From the NCBI GenBank assembly GCA_000934665.2, contig JYFJ02000422.1:62001-126000 (forward strand): a stretch of DNA of 64,000 nucleotides. The letters are read 5' to 3'. The DNA is from Catajapyx aquilonaris. Taxonomy: Eukaryota. Position 1 is the first letter of the stretch; each line of letters starts with the position of its first letter. This document shows positions 1 to 12,264 of this stretch, in pieces. The notes beneath the pieces were generated by a model. It searched no databases. It was not told the origin of the DNA and saw only the letters and a program-made list of their open reading frames with translations. The position numbers and the translations under genes were made by a program.

Positions 1-1380
1 TAAGCTACTGAGTTGAATCTGTGGGGAACATTCCGGATAAGGTCGGAATTTAATAGTGATTATTTCCATGTTCATTAGGAAATACCTTCTTGTTTGTTCA
101 GCCTGACAAATATAATTATGTGCGGTTACAAAATTTATTGAGAATTAATTGGGGGTTTCTGCTGAAAAATTAATTAGAACTGGTATTCAGTTGGTGATGT
201 AATCGCTGACATGCTGTCTATCGTGTGACTTTTTGGCCGCATGCCTCTTACCAGATCTTTCTGGAATGTACAACCCCAAGTCATTAGATAGACATTTTTC
301 CCATCAATTTACCGGATATAGCGAGTAATAACCAAGCTAACGGATGAGTCGGGGAAAAAAAGCACGTCAATGTAAGCCTTATATAATCCCAAACACTATT
401 ACGGGTTGGAAAATGACTATTATTACAGACTTTTGTCCTTATTTCCACCAGCAATCTTTCCAGAACGCTGCACTCGGACGACTATTTTGACCCACATTGC
501 CAGCTTCCGTTAAAAAACAAACGCGCTGCTCACATTTTACACGAACATTTTTTTTTCTTTTTTGAGAAGGAAAGGTAGGTGGATAATGGGAGAGTGTTAG
601 TTACGCTTTAATGAAAAATGGAAATTATTGTGTGGAGTAATGGCATAATGCCCATAGCCTTCTGGTGAGTTCAGGGTCACCTCTGAGTTGAGGGTGTGTC
701 TGAACAGCAATTGGATTCGATTGGCGGATTGGCCTTTGGTGTCAGTGCTTTTTTTTATTCAAGTATAGCTGGCTTTTTAAAATCTGTGACCTCAACCCTT
801 GTCGGCCTTAGCCCTGGATAACAGGGCAAGCGTCAGCTGCCTCTGCAGATCTATAGCTTTTTTTCGATGACAGTAAAAATCATGCTGGAGGTAAGACCTT
901 GTAGAAGGTGACGCTTTATTATGTTCCGATTTACTGCAAGTACTTTGAAAGGCAAGTAGAAATGACTCATGACAGTACCGTGGCATAGGAGGTCAAATGT
1001 GAGCACCATACACGTCATTCTGCAGCAGTAATGTTCAACTCGACAACTCTCCTGCACTGCACACGTTGCCAAAGACTGTTCACAGAATTTTATGAGGTGC
1101 ATCGACACCTTCTCTAGCTTGTTTTTACTGGAGGCGTACCATTCGTGATGCTAAGAAAGAGACGGGTTATATCCTCGCAAAAGTACTATGAAGCAGTTGG
1201 TCCAGGAAATGGCGTATAGGAAAACAAGATACTGTATATAGATGGGGAGTTGCACGTGTCTAGATCTTTCTGTGGCCCCTTAGGTCACCTTGGGTGTGTA
1301 GATAGTACAAAATAGTACAATAGGGGCTGTCCTTCGAAGAAGCACCTCTGCTTCTGCATTCTTGTCATATTTTTAAGGGA

Positions 1381-1465
1381 AGCGCGCGCGGGAAAATATG
1401 ATCCGTTTTGATTGGTTCGCTAACGGAGGCGTGACTGGCAAGTGTCGGACGATCGGGTTTATTGG
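1381..1465. promoter_or_regulatory. Promoter-like module: E2F site plus two CCAAT boxes
   Basis: GCGCGGGAAA 1386-1395 within a CG run; ATTGG at 1411-1415 and 1461-1465. Confidence 0.3.
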
Positions 1466-4400
1466 TGATATGCGATATCAGTGACCGGGATTGCGCTGGA
1501 AGAGATGAAAAAAAAATGAAGAAAAAAAAGTTTGAAAGAGATGCCTCACCTCTGCCTTGTAGTGGACAAGGTCACCCTGTTGTCCTGACGTCAACTTTTT
1601 CTCGAACGGTTGTCAACAAGTCACAAAAGGAAGCCTATTCTGATGCTTCCAGGGCACCGAATATAGATGCGGTTTTAGACCTCGAGTTGGCTTCGGGCAT
1701 TATGATGGGCCAGTTGGATAGTCGGCCCACTTTTTAAAAGTTGATTTGCCTATCTATGGACGACAATAACATTGATAGGAAGAATGGTCCGCGATATTAC
1801 GTGCTCCAGGGAGAGCAAGGACTATCAAATACACAAAAGGATCCAAGGTTTGAAAATTTATAGAATGGTGGTGACCCAAAGACGCTAACATTAGTCTACT
1901 CTACAGGGTATGACGGAGTTCGGATATGAATTTCATTTTATTCTAAAATCAAATCAGTATGACTTACCAATGCTCAGAATAATTAAAGATATGGGAAATG
2001 CACTTTTTTTCTCTGGCTATATGGAATTAAAGTTTAGGCTGGATAATTTTTGAAGGCTAAGTGGCCTTTCTTTCATTACATTCTGGCAAGTCGTTTTGGA
2101 AGTCAATTGTAGGACAACTCTAAGTTGAGATATTTTCGAGAAAATTACATTATATTATATTGATATTCCAGTAAGCATTCGTGAACCAGGAAGTGTTGGA
2201 CATAGCGCTGATGATGATTATTGTAGGGAAAAAATGCCTGTATAGGTAGCTTCCTGCAAAAATTACAGGTCAAATGTTATTTTGCTAGTGTCCTTTTGAG
2301 ATATTGATAGGGGAGTTATAGTGGAATCACAGCGGTCGCGTATAGGGCAATCTCTATAGGATGACATCGAGCAGGGTAAGCGGGGTTTTGTGCACTCAGT
2401 GACCTTGATTGAAAGTGTCACTTGTTATTCGATATCATTATGTTCACACGTAACTGCAGTCACGTCTTCAGAATATATATGCCACTGAAAGAAATTTGGG
2501 TACCGACGTAATTTGAGATATATGGAGTTCCTGAGAAGAGGGTGAGGTTGTTACTGATGACAAAATATTTGCTGCATTTGGAAATTCCCTGTTTGTGGTG
2601 CACATTTCAAGATACCACAGGTTACCATGTAACCATTCTTAATCGTGCAAAAATATGAATACAGGCAATGCGTAACTTTCTCATAAGTTTATTTTCTTTC
2701 ATTATGGACGCATTCGGTTGATAATAATTATAATGACTTGCTTATGCGGAATTTGTAGTTTCCCCTGTAATGACAAAGTGAGAAAAATGGTTTGTGTATA
2801 GTGTTTAGAGTGAATCACGAAGCTTATTACTTATTTACGTATTTATTTGGTACCTGTATATTTGTTTATCGGTTTATTCTGGTAGATGTTAAAAGGAAGC
2901 ACTATTGAGAAAGTACAGAAAGCGGAGGAGAAACAGAACGAGATTTAGTCTCTGCATTGTGCAGTATCAGCTGATGGTTTAAGCCAATATTAGATGTATT
3001 TTGTTCATATCCCATGGCTGGATGTAGGTCAGTTCAGTTTCCTTGGCGACACTATATTTGGAACGAAAATTATGCTGTTAGGATGCTCCGAGGGTTTTTT
3101 TTTGTATGTCAATATTTTTGTGACGGTTTTCATATGGACGCAAATGACAGCACTATACAGTATAGTCGTGACTAATTTGAGCTGTTCAGAGTGCAGTACA
3201 CTTTATCCGGTTATAATGATAGGGTGGGGCACCAATCAGATGCGATACCTATACAGTACTGCACCTTCAACAGCTGCCTTTGACCACCAACAGCAGCCTA
3301 TAGAATCAAACCAGATATAACTCGCTCACTAGGCAATCTGCTTTGCTTACAATCCAAGGGAGCCTAATTAGACGCCGTCCCTCTGGGCATATATTTATTA
3401 TATTGGCATTAATCACAGGCGTTGTGTATGGCATATATAGGGGGCCGAGTATACCAGGTAAGGTGGCTTTTTAAGGGAAAAAGAAGGGGTAGGTTTATGG
3501 TGCAGAAGTGGCAATAAAATCCAAGCAAAGCAGGAAAGGGTTGGACTCTGCTGACCTTGCCAACCGCACGCGCCATGCTACAAGGAAGTTCCCTTTCAGG
3601 ACATAATGAACCGAGGACACCATTCGGGCATTCATCCATCGCTCGGGCTCAACACCCAATCACCCTGTCCCCTTGCCAAGCCGTTCCACTTATATTATAT
3701 GCGCATGTTATTCAAACCCACTTGATAGTAATTAATCGAAAACAAGATCGGGTCTTGTTAACGGCTGATGAATATTTATGTCAAACCACGTTGGAGGAAG
3801 TTCTGAGAAGGAAAAATTGTCAAATTGTCCAATTTGTAAAATCGCTACTTCTGCCTTTTATGACTCGTAAGGAAAGAGAAGTCACTAACAACCCGAGTTA
3901 AGATGGGTGTGTATCATAAACCTTGCCACGTGTGTTGTTTTTTTTTCTCTTTGGCCAACACCTGACATGGTACATGTTATGAGTTGTGACCCTTGACCAC
4001 TGACGCTCAAGTACACATCATTAGAGCCAGGGTGTAAACAAAATATTGACCGCCGGATAAAATGGCGTAAACAGATTGCAACTTTGTCCGACTGTGAACA
4101 TGCTGCAAAAAAATTTAGATCCGTTTTAATATACATATATATACACAGACGAGTCTAGACTTATGTGTTAAAACATTGCGTGGGTGGATATTGAACTGAC
4201 CCTGTTTCTCTGGACTCCGGATTTTGAACCCAGTACATATATATAGAAAGGAAAATGTAGAAAAAAATATTTCCCAGAAAGGCCAGTCGTGTAAAGTCCA
4301 AAGACGCTTTGACATTTTGAAGATTGAATTGTATTTCCTGGTTTTATTATTCAAAACTGCGGACAGAAGTAGGTTACATGAAACTGGTTTCGCAAAGTTT

Positions 4401-7400
4401 AAAAATGAGCATTTAAATATATAAAGCCCAGCATGTGGTGCTCACCCAAGTTTAGAGACCACATTTTAAGCCACAAAATTATTACGATTTCAAAATAGTG
4501 GCTGAGTGTGGACTATGGCAACTCATCTCGGTTACCTTAGTTTTTCTCTTCTTTCTACCTTTCATACTAAGCCACACTCAACCACTCTCTCAAAGGGACA
4601 ACCAAAGATACGTAATGCAAAAAAAAGAGAAGAAGAAACGTGCAAGAACAAAAATTGAGGTTGACCTCCTTACGAAAAGAGGTTCTTATGTAACACCGGG
4701 AAATGATCGAGACCTACTGAAGTAGTGGACTTTTTGGAATCTTTTCTCCTCGGTTTCGGGGCCATGTGCCGTATGTGGACTGGGGCCAGTTCGAATTGCG
4801 AAAAAGCTGCGGCCAGTCAGGAAAAGTTGGCTTCGCCCAGTTTGCAAGTAGGTCTGGGGTTTTGCATCCCCCTCCCTCCCCCTTACCCATTCTCCCACCA
4901 ACCCCCCCCCCTCTTTTTTCTCTCTGAGAGTTATCCAGCACTTCCGCAAACACAACAGAGAAAACCTGAAGTTACGTAACACGTTAGGAGGTGGAGAGGA
5001 GGGGGTGGTGTGGTCTCGGACAAGTTGGCAACTGCGCTCAACCTGTTCCCTTAGCCTAATAAGCAAGCGAGTGAAATGAGTGAACTTCTAAAGAAAGTGA
5101 AAACCTTTTTTTTTGGTTTAACTTTATCTGGGTCAGGTAGAAAAAGGAGCCACCGACTCATTCGATTGTTGCAGGAAAAAAAAAACGAATCATGGGAACA
5201 TGTTTGTTTGGAATTTTCCTATGGTTTCTATAGGGTGGTTGAATTTATGCTGAAACATTTTGTCCATGTTAAACTTCTTAGGCAATATTTTGCATGTAGG
5301 TCATGCACGTTATTCAATTTCAAGTTGTAGGTTAGTTTTATTCCAAGTGACATTTTTGCCTGAACCGAATTCGTTATTCGTCTGTCCCCCTTTTTATACA
5401 GTTGGATATAAGTTAACAGACAACATGGACGTCATAAGAAAAACCTCTCAAACTTGATCGAAATGGTAACCAAACACTTTTACAGTACCAAATGGCTCCT
5501 GGAACATTTTTTTAGTGCTTCAGTACTGTAATGCTTACTTAAACCTCCATTATTCTGACAATCAATGTGCGTGCGGGTATTACGTTTCCTCGCTCCCATC
5601 AAGCAAGATATTCTAGTCTAATTGGCTCGTATATGCTGACTGACTTTGCAATGTAGGTTAGCAGCCGATTCGTATAAGATGGCGGGCCCCGGAAGAAAAA
5701 GAGGACATCACTTTCTCTCTTTTATTCTTCTCTCGCCAGGGGGAATCTGATTCAAGAATGGTGAGGAGTTATATAACCCCAGCATAATGAGGATTATACT
5801 GACCATTACATCTCATGCATACGGCTTACATTAAATTCCACCCCCACCTTCCTCCCCCCTGAGTATGTCCATTCCCCTACTTTAGGCCTCGTTGCCTACC
5901 TGAGCAGGGATTTTTTGAGGTAAAGTAGGCCAACTGGAGGAGAGTAGGCTACTTTTTCTTTCTCTTCGCGGTGAATGTAGTGATTCATTCGCATGTGAAC
6001 ACCACTTTCTCTGTCGGTTATCCCCCCCCCCCACCGCCCTCCTCCTCCCTACATACACACACACGTACTACCTGCCCCCCCTTTTACCCTCTTTACCCAC
6101 TCTCGTTTTCTGCATGCTTTACAAGGTACAGCATATGGGATGACAGGTCCAGGCATGGATGTAATAATTTGCATATAAAATGGATTTTTCGGAAGGCACG
6201 TTTACTGCTACGGGCGCCGCCTTAATCGTACGGACAACAATGGGCGGCAAAGGCAGGGGTATTCAGTGGATGTCAGCCGCATGTTGGGTTAAGAAACCGG
6301 CTACTGTGAGTCTCAACAATGTGAATCCCAATTGGTGTTATTTGGAGGCACTTTTTTAAGTCCTGTCTTGGCCGTCCGATTTGAAATTAATGTCCCATGT
6401 TTAGTAAACAGGCCTTTTTTGTGGAAGTAGGTGAGACATAATTATTGCATCACAGCATGTAGGCGGTAGTGCATGTCGTGAGAGCCGAAAAATAGTGGGG
6501 GGGGGAGTGGAAGGGGGGTTGTGGGTAGTTTTTAGGCGGGTGGACTGAGGCGAAGAGAGGGGCAGCGAGCCATGAGATGAAGATGGAGGATGAAAGTGAA
6601 GTAAAGGAGGCCACGGCGCTGCCTTACGTCTGGCGCCACTCGATACACCTTTCCCTTCTACCCTCCATCCCCCCACTGCCTTCTCCCCTGTTTTATTTGT
6701 ATTTTTATTTACATTCCTTATTAGGGGGGCACTGATTAGTGAGGCAGCCTCTTGAAGGAAAAGTGCCGCGTGATGCGGAACTTCCAGGATGACCAGTGAT
6801 AGGCCTTGAAAGTCGACTTGTTTACGTTTGTTTATATGCAGTTTATTTCAGTTTGAATCTGTGTCACCTTAAGAGGTACATATGAAAAAATGTCTTAAGA
6901 TGACCAGGTTGCACATTGTAAGTTAGTTTATTGCATGCACTGCAACCAGAAAGATAAATATTACAATTGGCAACGTGCCCATTGGCCATTGCCATAATGA
7001 AGTGTTAGTACTAACAATGCGCTTAGTGAAATCATAGATCATTTCGTTCCTTCCTGGTGTACTGATAGTACCGTTAAAATCTCGGTTAAATTATCAATTA
7101 CATTCGAAAACAGCAGAGATGAGACATTTCTTACAGTTACCGTCAACCCGAAAGTTATCGGTGATATTTTCGTATTCTATTTCAGGAGTGGGTGAGACAT
7201 TTGCTTCTGCGTATACCAGGAGGTGGATGTTAACATTTTGATTTATTATTTTAAAAGACTTTATTAGGTATAGCCTACAATTGATCACAGTGTGAGAAAT
7301 GTCGCTAGAACTGATACTTCTGTTGAAGAATGATGATCTGCCTCTATGGTTATGTAGCCATATAGCAGTTCCTTGTGGCCGAGGATGGAGAGGAAGATGC

Positions 7401-8209
7401 TATCAGCTTATCACGTAGCAACAGTTCTGTTGACGGCGCTCCGAACGCACCGCAGCCATCAGAATGTTCGGGTTATCGCATCTGAAAGGTCAAGGTTCAC
7501 ACATTAAAGTCAAAAGTGAAATTCATTTACAGGTTTAAACCATAAATTCACTTGCACATCAATTTGACAATGACACGTTGTTTGACTTATTGGGAGAGTC
7601 GAGGAAACTGAGGTACAGGCGACAAAAAATAACAACGGGGAGAGAATGATATCAATTCCACTTATGTTAGGAATATGTTAGAGACCCATGCAAGATTCAT
7701 TTGGCGTAATTGTACAGCTTAATTTGTTCGAGACGCCAGGAATTAAAACTTTTTATTTTAGTTAAGCATCATCATTGTATATACGTCACATAGGATCGGA
7801 TCGATAGTTCGTATATTTGGGGCCCTACATGATTATGAGAATATTCCACGTTCACTCTGTGGCATATATGCCTCCTCTGACTATATGATCACATAATTAC
7901 GGTATATATACGAAGAATCGAGACACAGTCCTATAGGCTATAGCCTTGCATTTCTGGGAAGGAAATCTTCTGGCTGATAATATATTTCATCAAAAGTACT
8001 ATAAAAGTGCTTGGGATCCTTCATGGAAACAACCTGGCTTTGAAAGTTATATGGATCAAATTTAGTAAATCATGTATAGGAATGTGGGCCGCTATATATG
8101 ACTCCCGCTGAAAGAAAATTCAGCGTATATTTGGTAAATATGCTCCTAATTCTATAGTGGGATTACAATTTCCTGCTGCTTCAGTCCCGTCAACACCACG
8201 CACGAAGCT

Positions 8210-8925
8210 AAAAAGCGGGAATTTCCATCCTTGTGATAAACACACAAGTGCGGTGTGTTATCCACGCGTCGGAAGTTTCATGCCCCCAGAAATAAGCTCA
8301 GCGTGGGCTGCATCCACTCACCCTTTTGGCAACTACACCTCTCCATTAGGTCAAGAGTACTATTTTTCTCTCTGCAGGGTAATGGGACTATTCGAAATAT
8401 TTGGACCATGAGAAATGCACTGGAAACTCCTATTGCTACTTGGGAATTTGTTTGGTACAACGTCCATTTGGCGGGAATTTAAACAAAATAGAAAGAGCCA
8501 AAAATCGCTGCAGCATAGATCTCTATATATGTGGTCGCGTGTAATATAGGGCAAATGCATGTGTTCGTCATACATGTATTTACAGAACTGTTTATGGAAC
8601 AGCAGAGTGCACCGGCGGGCTGGATGAACAAAGACCGCTTCCTGTGAAATAGAAATTTGAAGGAATTGACGTGGGAAAATGGTGGCCTCATTTTTTTACG
8701 TTGTGTTTACTGGATTTAAAATGATGCACATGCTAATTGGGAAAGTGAAAGTTGCGTCGAGGTATTCAAGTTCAACGTTGAGACTGCTGTGGCAGCATTG
8801 GCGCCATGTCTCTGGTAGTGGATGCTCATGTATTTAGGCCTGAATTACGGTGTAATTTGCGCATGTTGTGGCAAAATGTTAGCTTTATCATTGGGTTAGC
8901 AGTGTTGATTCTCGTGGGAATGTAG
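8210..8925. promoter_or_regulatory. Candidate inducible enhancer: NF-kB, IRF/PRDM1 and CSL motifs
   Basis: GGGAATTTCC 8217-8226, GAAATAGAAA 8646-8655, CGTGGGAA at 8670-8677 and 8913-8920, GAAAGTGAAAGT 8741-8752. Confidence 0.4.
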
Positions 8926-9869
8926 TATATTAACACCAGGTCCGGGTAATAATTTGTTATAAATGCTAGGTTGATATACGATGCTGTATCACTGAAAAAG
9001 AGCACTGATGCCCGTCGAAGTTATGGATTCCCATGGATTTCCCCAGTTGAACTATTCTTACATTGTTTAAAGCGGAAAATAGGTGAATAATATGAGGAAA
9101 AAGACAAAAAAATACATCCAGGATATAGAATATCTTGACATTTTCCCAAGGATATCATCAGGCGTCATGGAATCGGTTCCACACATAGAAAGCTAGTTTT
9201 TTCAGTTAAAATTATGATTGCTAATTACACTAGCCTTTAACATTGACATGGAAAGATTTTATGTAAACCCACATTTATTGTGCAGTAGGTGACATGATGA
9301 ATCCAAGGTCATCAGTTTTCTGAAAATCAGCCTGTCTTCGTATACTACACATCCCGGCAACCCTGCGAAGTAGACTAGAATCAGTGGCGGATTAGATGAA
9401 TGAAACAAATGAAAAGTGGCCCCTAATTGCGAAGTTGGGTGTGGCGAACCCTCCCTACACCCTACCCGTGCTATAGGTTCCAATATAGTCGTGTGGAAAA
9501 CTCCCACGCTCTTGACATTTGCGGCGTTTGGCATCTGTATCCGGGAACACACCCACGCTTCCCTAACTATCCCTTCCTTGAAACAGCCCAAGATTCCGAC
9601 GCAGGTACCCCGCCATAACTGAACGGAAGTAGAGTAACGATGCACTTTTTGGACTCCATTTCCAGCGGAAGTCATCCCTGCCAAGTGATTCCCAGGAAAG
9701 ATTCTAAATATCCGCTTATATTGATAGGGCGTGTACACTCTGCACGAGTCTCTCTTTTGTGGTGTACTGTATGTACTGCACAGTACATACGGTGCACTGT
9801 CTACATCTCCTGTTCAAGAGAAGGATATCTGGATAAGCTGTGATTATTCATATCAGAAACTAGTTTTAT

Positions 9870-9987
9870 AGCCGTGCGAGTAAGAAGAGGTAGGCCTTGA
9901 GTGACGTCACCGGCTGGGGAGTTGAGAAAAGGCTTGTCCCCAGCCAGTGACGTCACCCAAGGGCTACTATTTCTTACTCGCACGGCT
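9870..9987. mobile_element. Palindromic (foldback) non-autonomous element / MITE-like inverted repeat
   Basis: The 51-nt arms 9870-9920 and 9937-9987 are reverse complements at 45/51 positions (AGCCGTGCGAGTAAGAA...GTGACGTCAC.GGCTGGGGA), with a 16-nt spacer. The inverted repeat is directly seen; TE origin is inferred. Confidence 0.75.
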
Positions 9988-11246
9988 CGCACTCTATCAC
10001 TTCGATTTGCACTTCTGCCGCAACAGAAAATGACGCAAGCAGTAATGTCCAGCACTGTATTGGATACTTGGACAGTGCAATACCCTGCATACATGCTAAG
10101 TTTCTCCATACGTCACACGGTATAGTGGTCGACATTTACAAAAAATCAAGACTACTGAAATCTTCGAAAGAATCGAAGATCATTTGATGAAGTATTGCCG
10201 ATAAATATCACAACCTCGATAACAACGGGAGATGAGCACCTCAGAACAGAAGCCAGTGTTTATCGAATCATACAGAAGCACTTAGCCTGACAGAGGTTTA
10301 CACACTATATGGCCGCTGGCCGCTGGGAATACCGAGGACAGATGCAGGCTCACGAGTCCACTGCAGTCAAGAGGAGACTTTGGAGGCACTTGACTATAAT
10401 CCGAAGGAATTTATTCTATAGAATTGTGACAGATGGATCCATCACCAATGATCATGGAACTAAGCAAGATTCGGTGTAGCATCCGCAACACAATACAACG
10501 ATTCCTACATGTTCAGTCAAATATGAAACTTCCCACGTAATAGTTGAATTATTTACCCCTAGCGTGGTATGCTGATAGCACACATTTCCGGATAAAAGAT
10601 TTTTTTTTGCTATGTTTCAGTTATGACATTACGTATATCGACTGTTATGCGGACCTGAGAAAGCTACCCATATCAGTAATTTTTTTATCTTATCGCATCA
10701 GTTTCTGCATTTTTTTTTTGCCTTCTATACCGTGCTCTCTTTTTCTGCGAAGCTAATATAAAAATGAGGTAGGCCTATGCTATTCCTGGTGCTGAATTAC
10801 CGTGACTTACACTCAGGCAGTTTCGCAATAAATATTTATTAGTTATGTAAGGTTATAGGTCTATAATAAAGTGCATTATTTGCGACCTTGCGTAAATATC
10901 AGGGGAATTTCTAACATTAACTGGAGGTGCAGGAGTGGAATTACATGTGGAGTGAGGAAAAGGACATATTTGAGTGGTACTAGTATTACTAAAGAATAAT
11001 CAGCATCATAATACATACACTCTGGGAGGTCCCTCTTTTGAAGCAGCCGCTTCTCATGGGGATAGATCATGCATCATTGAGGATGCGATCCTCCCATCCT
11101 ATTATTATGGTCGGAGCAGGGTCTTGCACCCATTTTGGCACCCAATTCTTCATAAGCAATTAGTTTTGTTACTGGCAAGGGGAAGTGGAGTGTAATGCTT
11201 ATTTACACAGACTCTAATGCATGTTTTCTTACGTTCTTGTTTTCAG

Positions 11247-11297
11247 TGCTGCTGAAGATCCGGTACAAGGCTGCATGGGGGAAGAGGAAGCTTACAA
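11247..11297 (+). other. Candidate 51-nt internal exon
   Basis: Strong acceptor TTCTTACGTTCTTGTTTTCAG and donor CAA|GTATGT. The body is purine-rich, its length is divisible by 3, and it is open in two frames (AAEDPVQGCMGEEEAY / LLKIRYKAAWGKRKLT). Confidence 0.3.
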
Positions 11298-11634
11298 GTA
11301 TGTTAGTAGTAAGCAGCACACTGTATAAAGAAAGAGTTTTGTTTTTGTATTTGTGCGAAGTTGGAGCTCAGAATGTTAAAGCTGCTGCGATGCCAATTTT
11401 TGCGCGGAGACAGGCATGATTAGAAGAGGGTCAGAGAGGTCGCCATGACAGCCAAAGATGGTATCTCAAATCCATTTCATGTCCATTTTTCTAATAATTC
11501 TGCTTGTTTGCCAAAAGCAGTAATTTTGTTTCACCTGGCAACGTGAAATGGGAGTATGGGGGAAGGAAGGTAGATGTGTGTGTGTGTGCGTGGGAGGAAA
11601 GGTCTAGTCTGAAGGAGAAGTTGTATAGACGCGA

Positions 11635-11660
11635 GGGACAGGGGATTGGGGAAGTCGGGG
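11635..11660 (+). other. G-quadruplex consensus tract overlapping tandem ETS-type GGGGAAGT sites
   Basis: GGGACAGGGGATTGGGGAAGTCGGGG matches the G3+N1-7 pattern four times. Confidence 0.45.
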
Positions 11661-12242
11661 AAGTGGTTTATTGATGTTAGTGTTCCACCAGGTATATTTC
11701 TAGGAGCAAATGTACCGAGTGGTCCAAGATAAACTCCCGTGAGACTATTGTATAATGAAACAAAATTCTCAAACATGTCCAGTCGATTGTGGGTTTCCTC
11801 CTGCTGAAATTATCAACAGAGATCAGCAAGGCCTATGGAAGACGCGCTTCTACAGTATTATTATCGAATACCCCACCATAATGGGTGAGTTACAACCTCT
11901 ACATGTACACTAATAAAGTTTAGTAACCTGATTATCAGTGAAGTTTTTGCAGGATATTAAAGCCGATCTTTCATTACGAATATTGAAACTGAAATCATGG
12001 TAAACATGCGACTGTGATTAATACTGTATAAGCCTACCAAGGAGGTGTCAAACTTGTGTTTTTAAATATAAATTAATAAACTTTTAAAAATGTAATTCGA
12101 AGGAATGGGGGATCAAATTCAAAACTTCAGAGGTGTGAATTTGTGCTTTGTCAGGATGTGTTCTGCTCGGACTTCGAACAAATTGAATTAGGAACGAATA
12201 ACAGGTGTGTCGTGGCCCCATAAATCGGTAGGTCTACAGTGG

Positions 12243-12264
12243 GAACATGTCTGAGGACATGTTC
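12243..12264. promoter_or_regulatory. p53/p63-family response element candidate
   Basis: Two RRRCWWGYYY decamers, GAACATGTCT (12243-12252) and GGACATGTTC (12255-12264), separated by a 2-nt spacer. Confidence 0.4.

Noticed and set aside
7487..7499. Nuclear-receptor DR1 AGGTCAAGGTTCA and many scattered AGGTCA half-sites
   Set aside because: These short motifs are expected frequently by chance and have no independent support here.
10140..10480. Purine-rich, coding-looking stretch next to the foldback element
   Set aside because: The frames I translated close within about 45 codons and no motif is recognisable.
10766..10785. let-7-like seed TGAGGTAG
   Set aside because: Only the seed matches and there is no hairpin.
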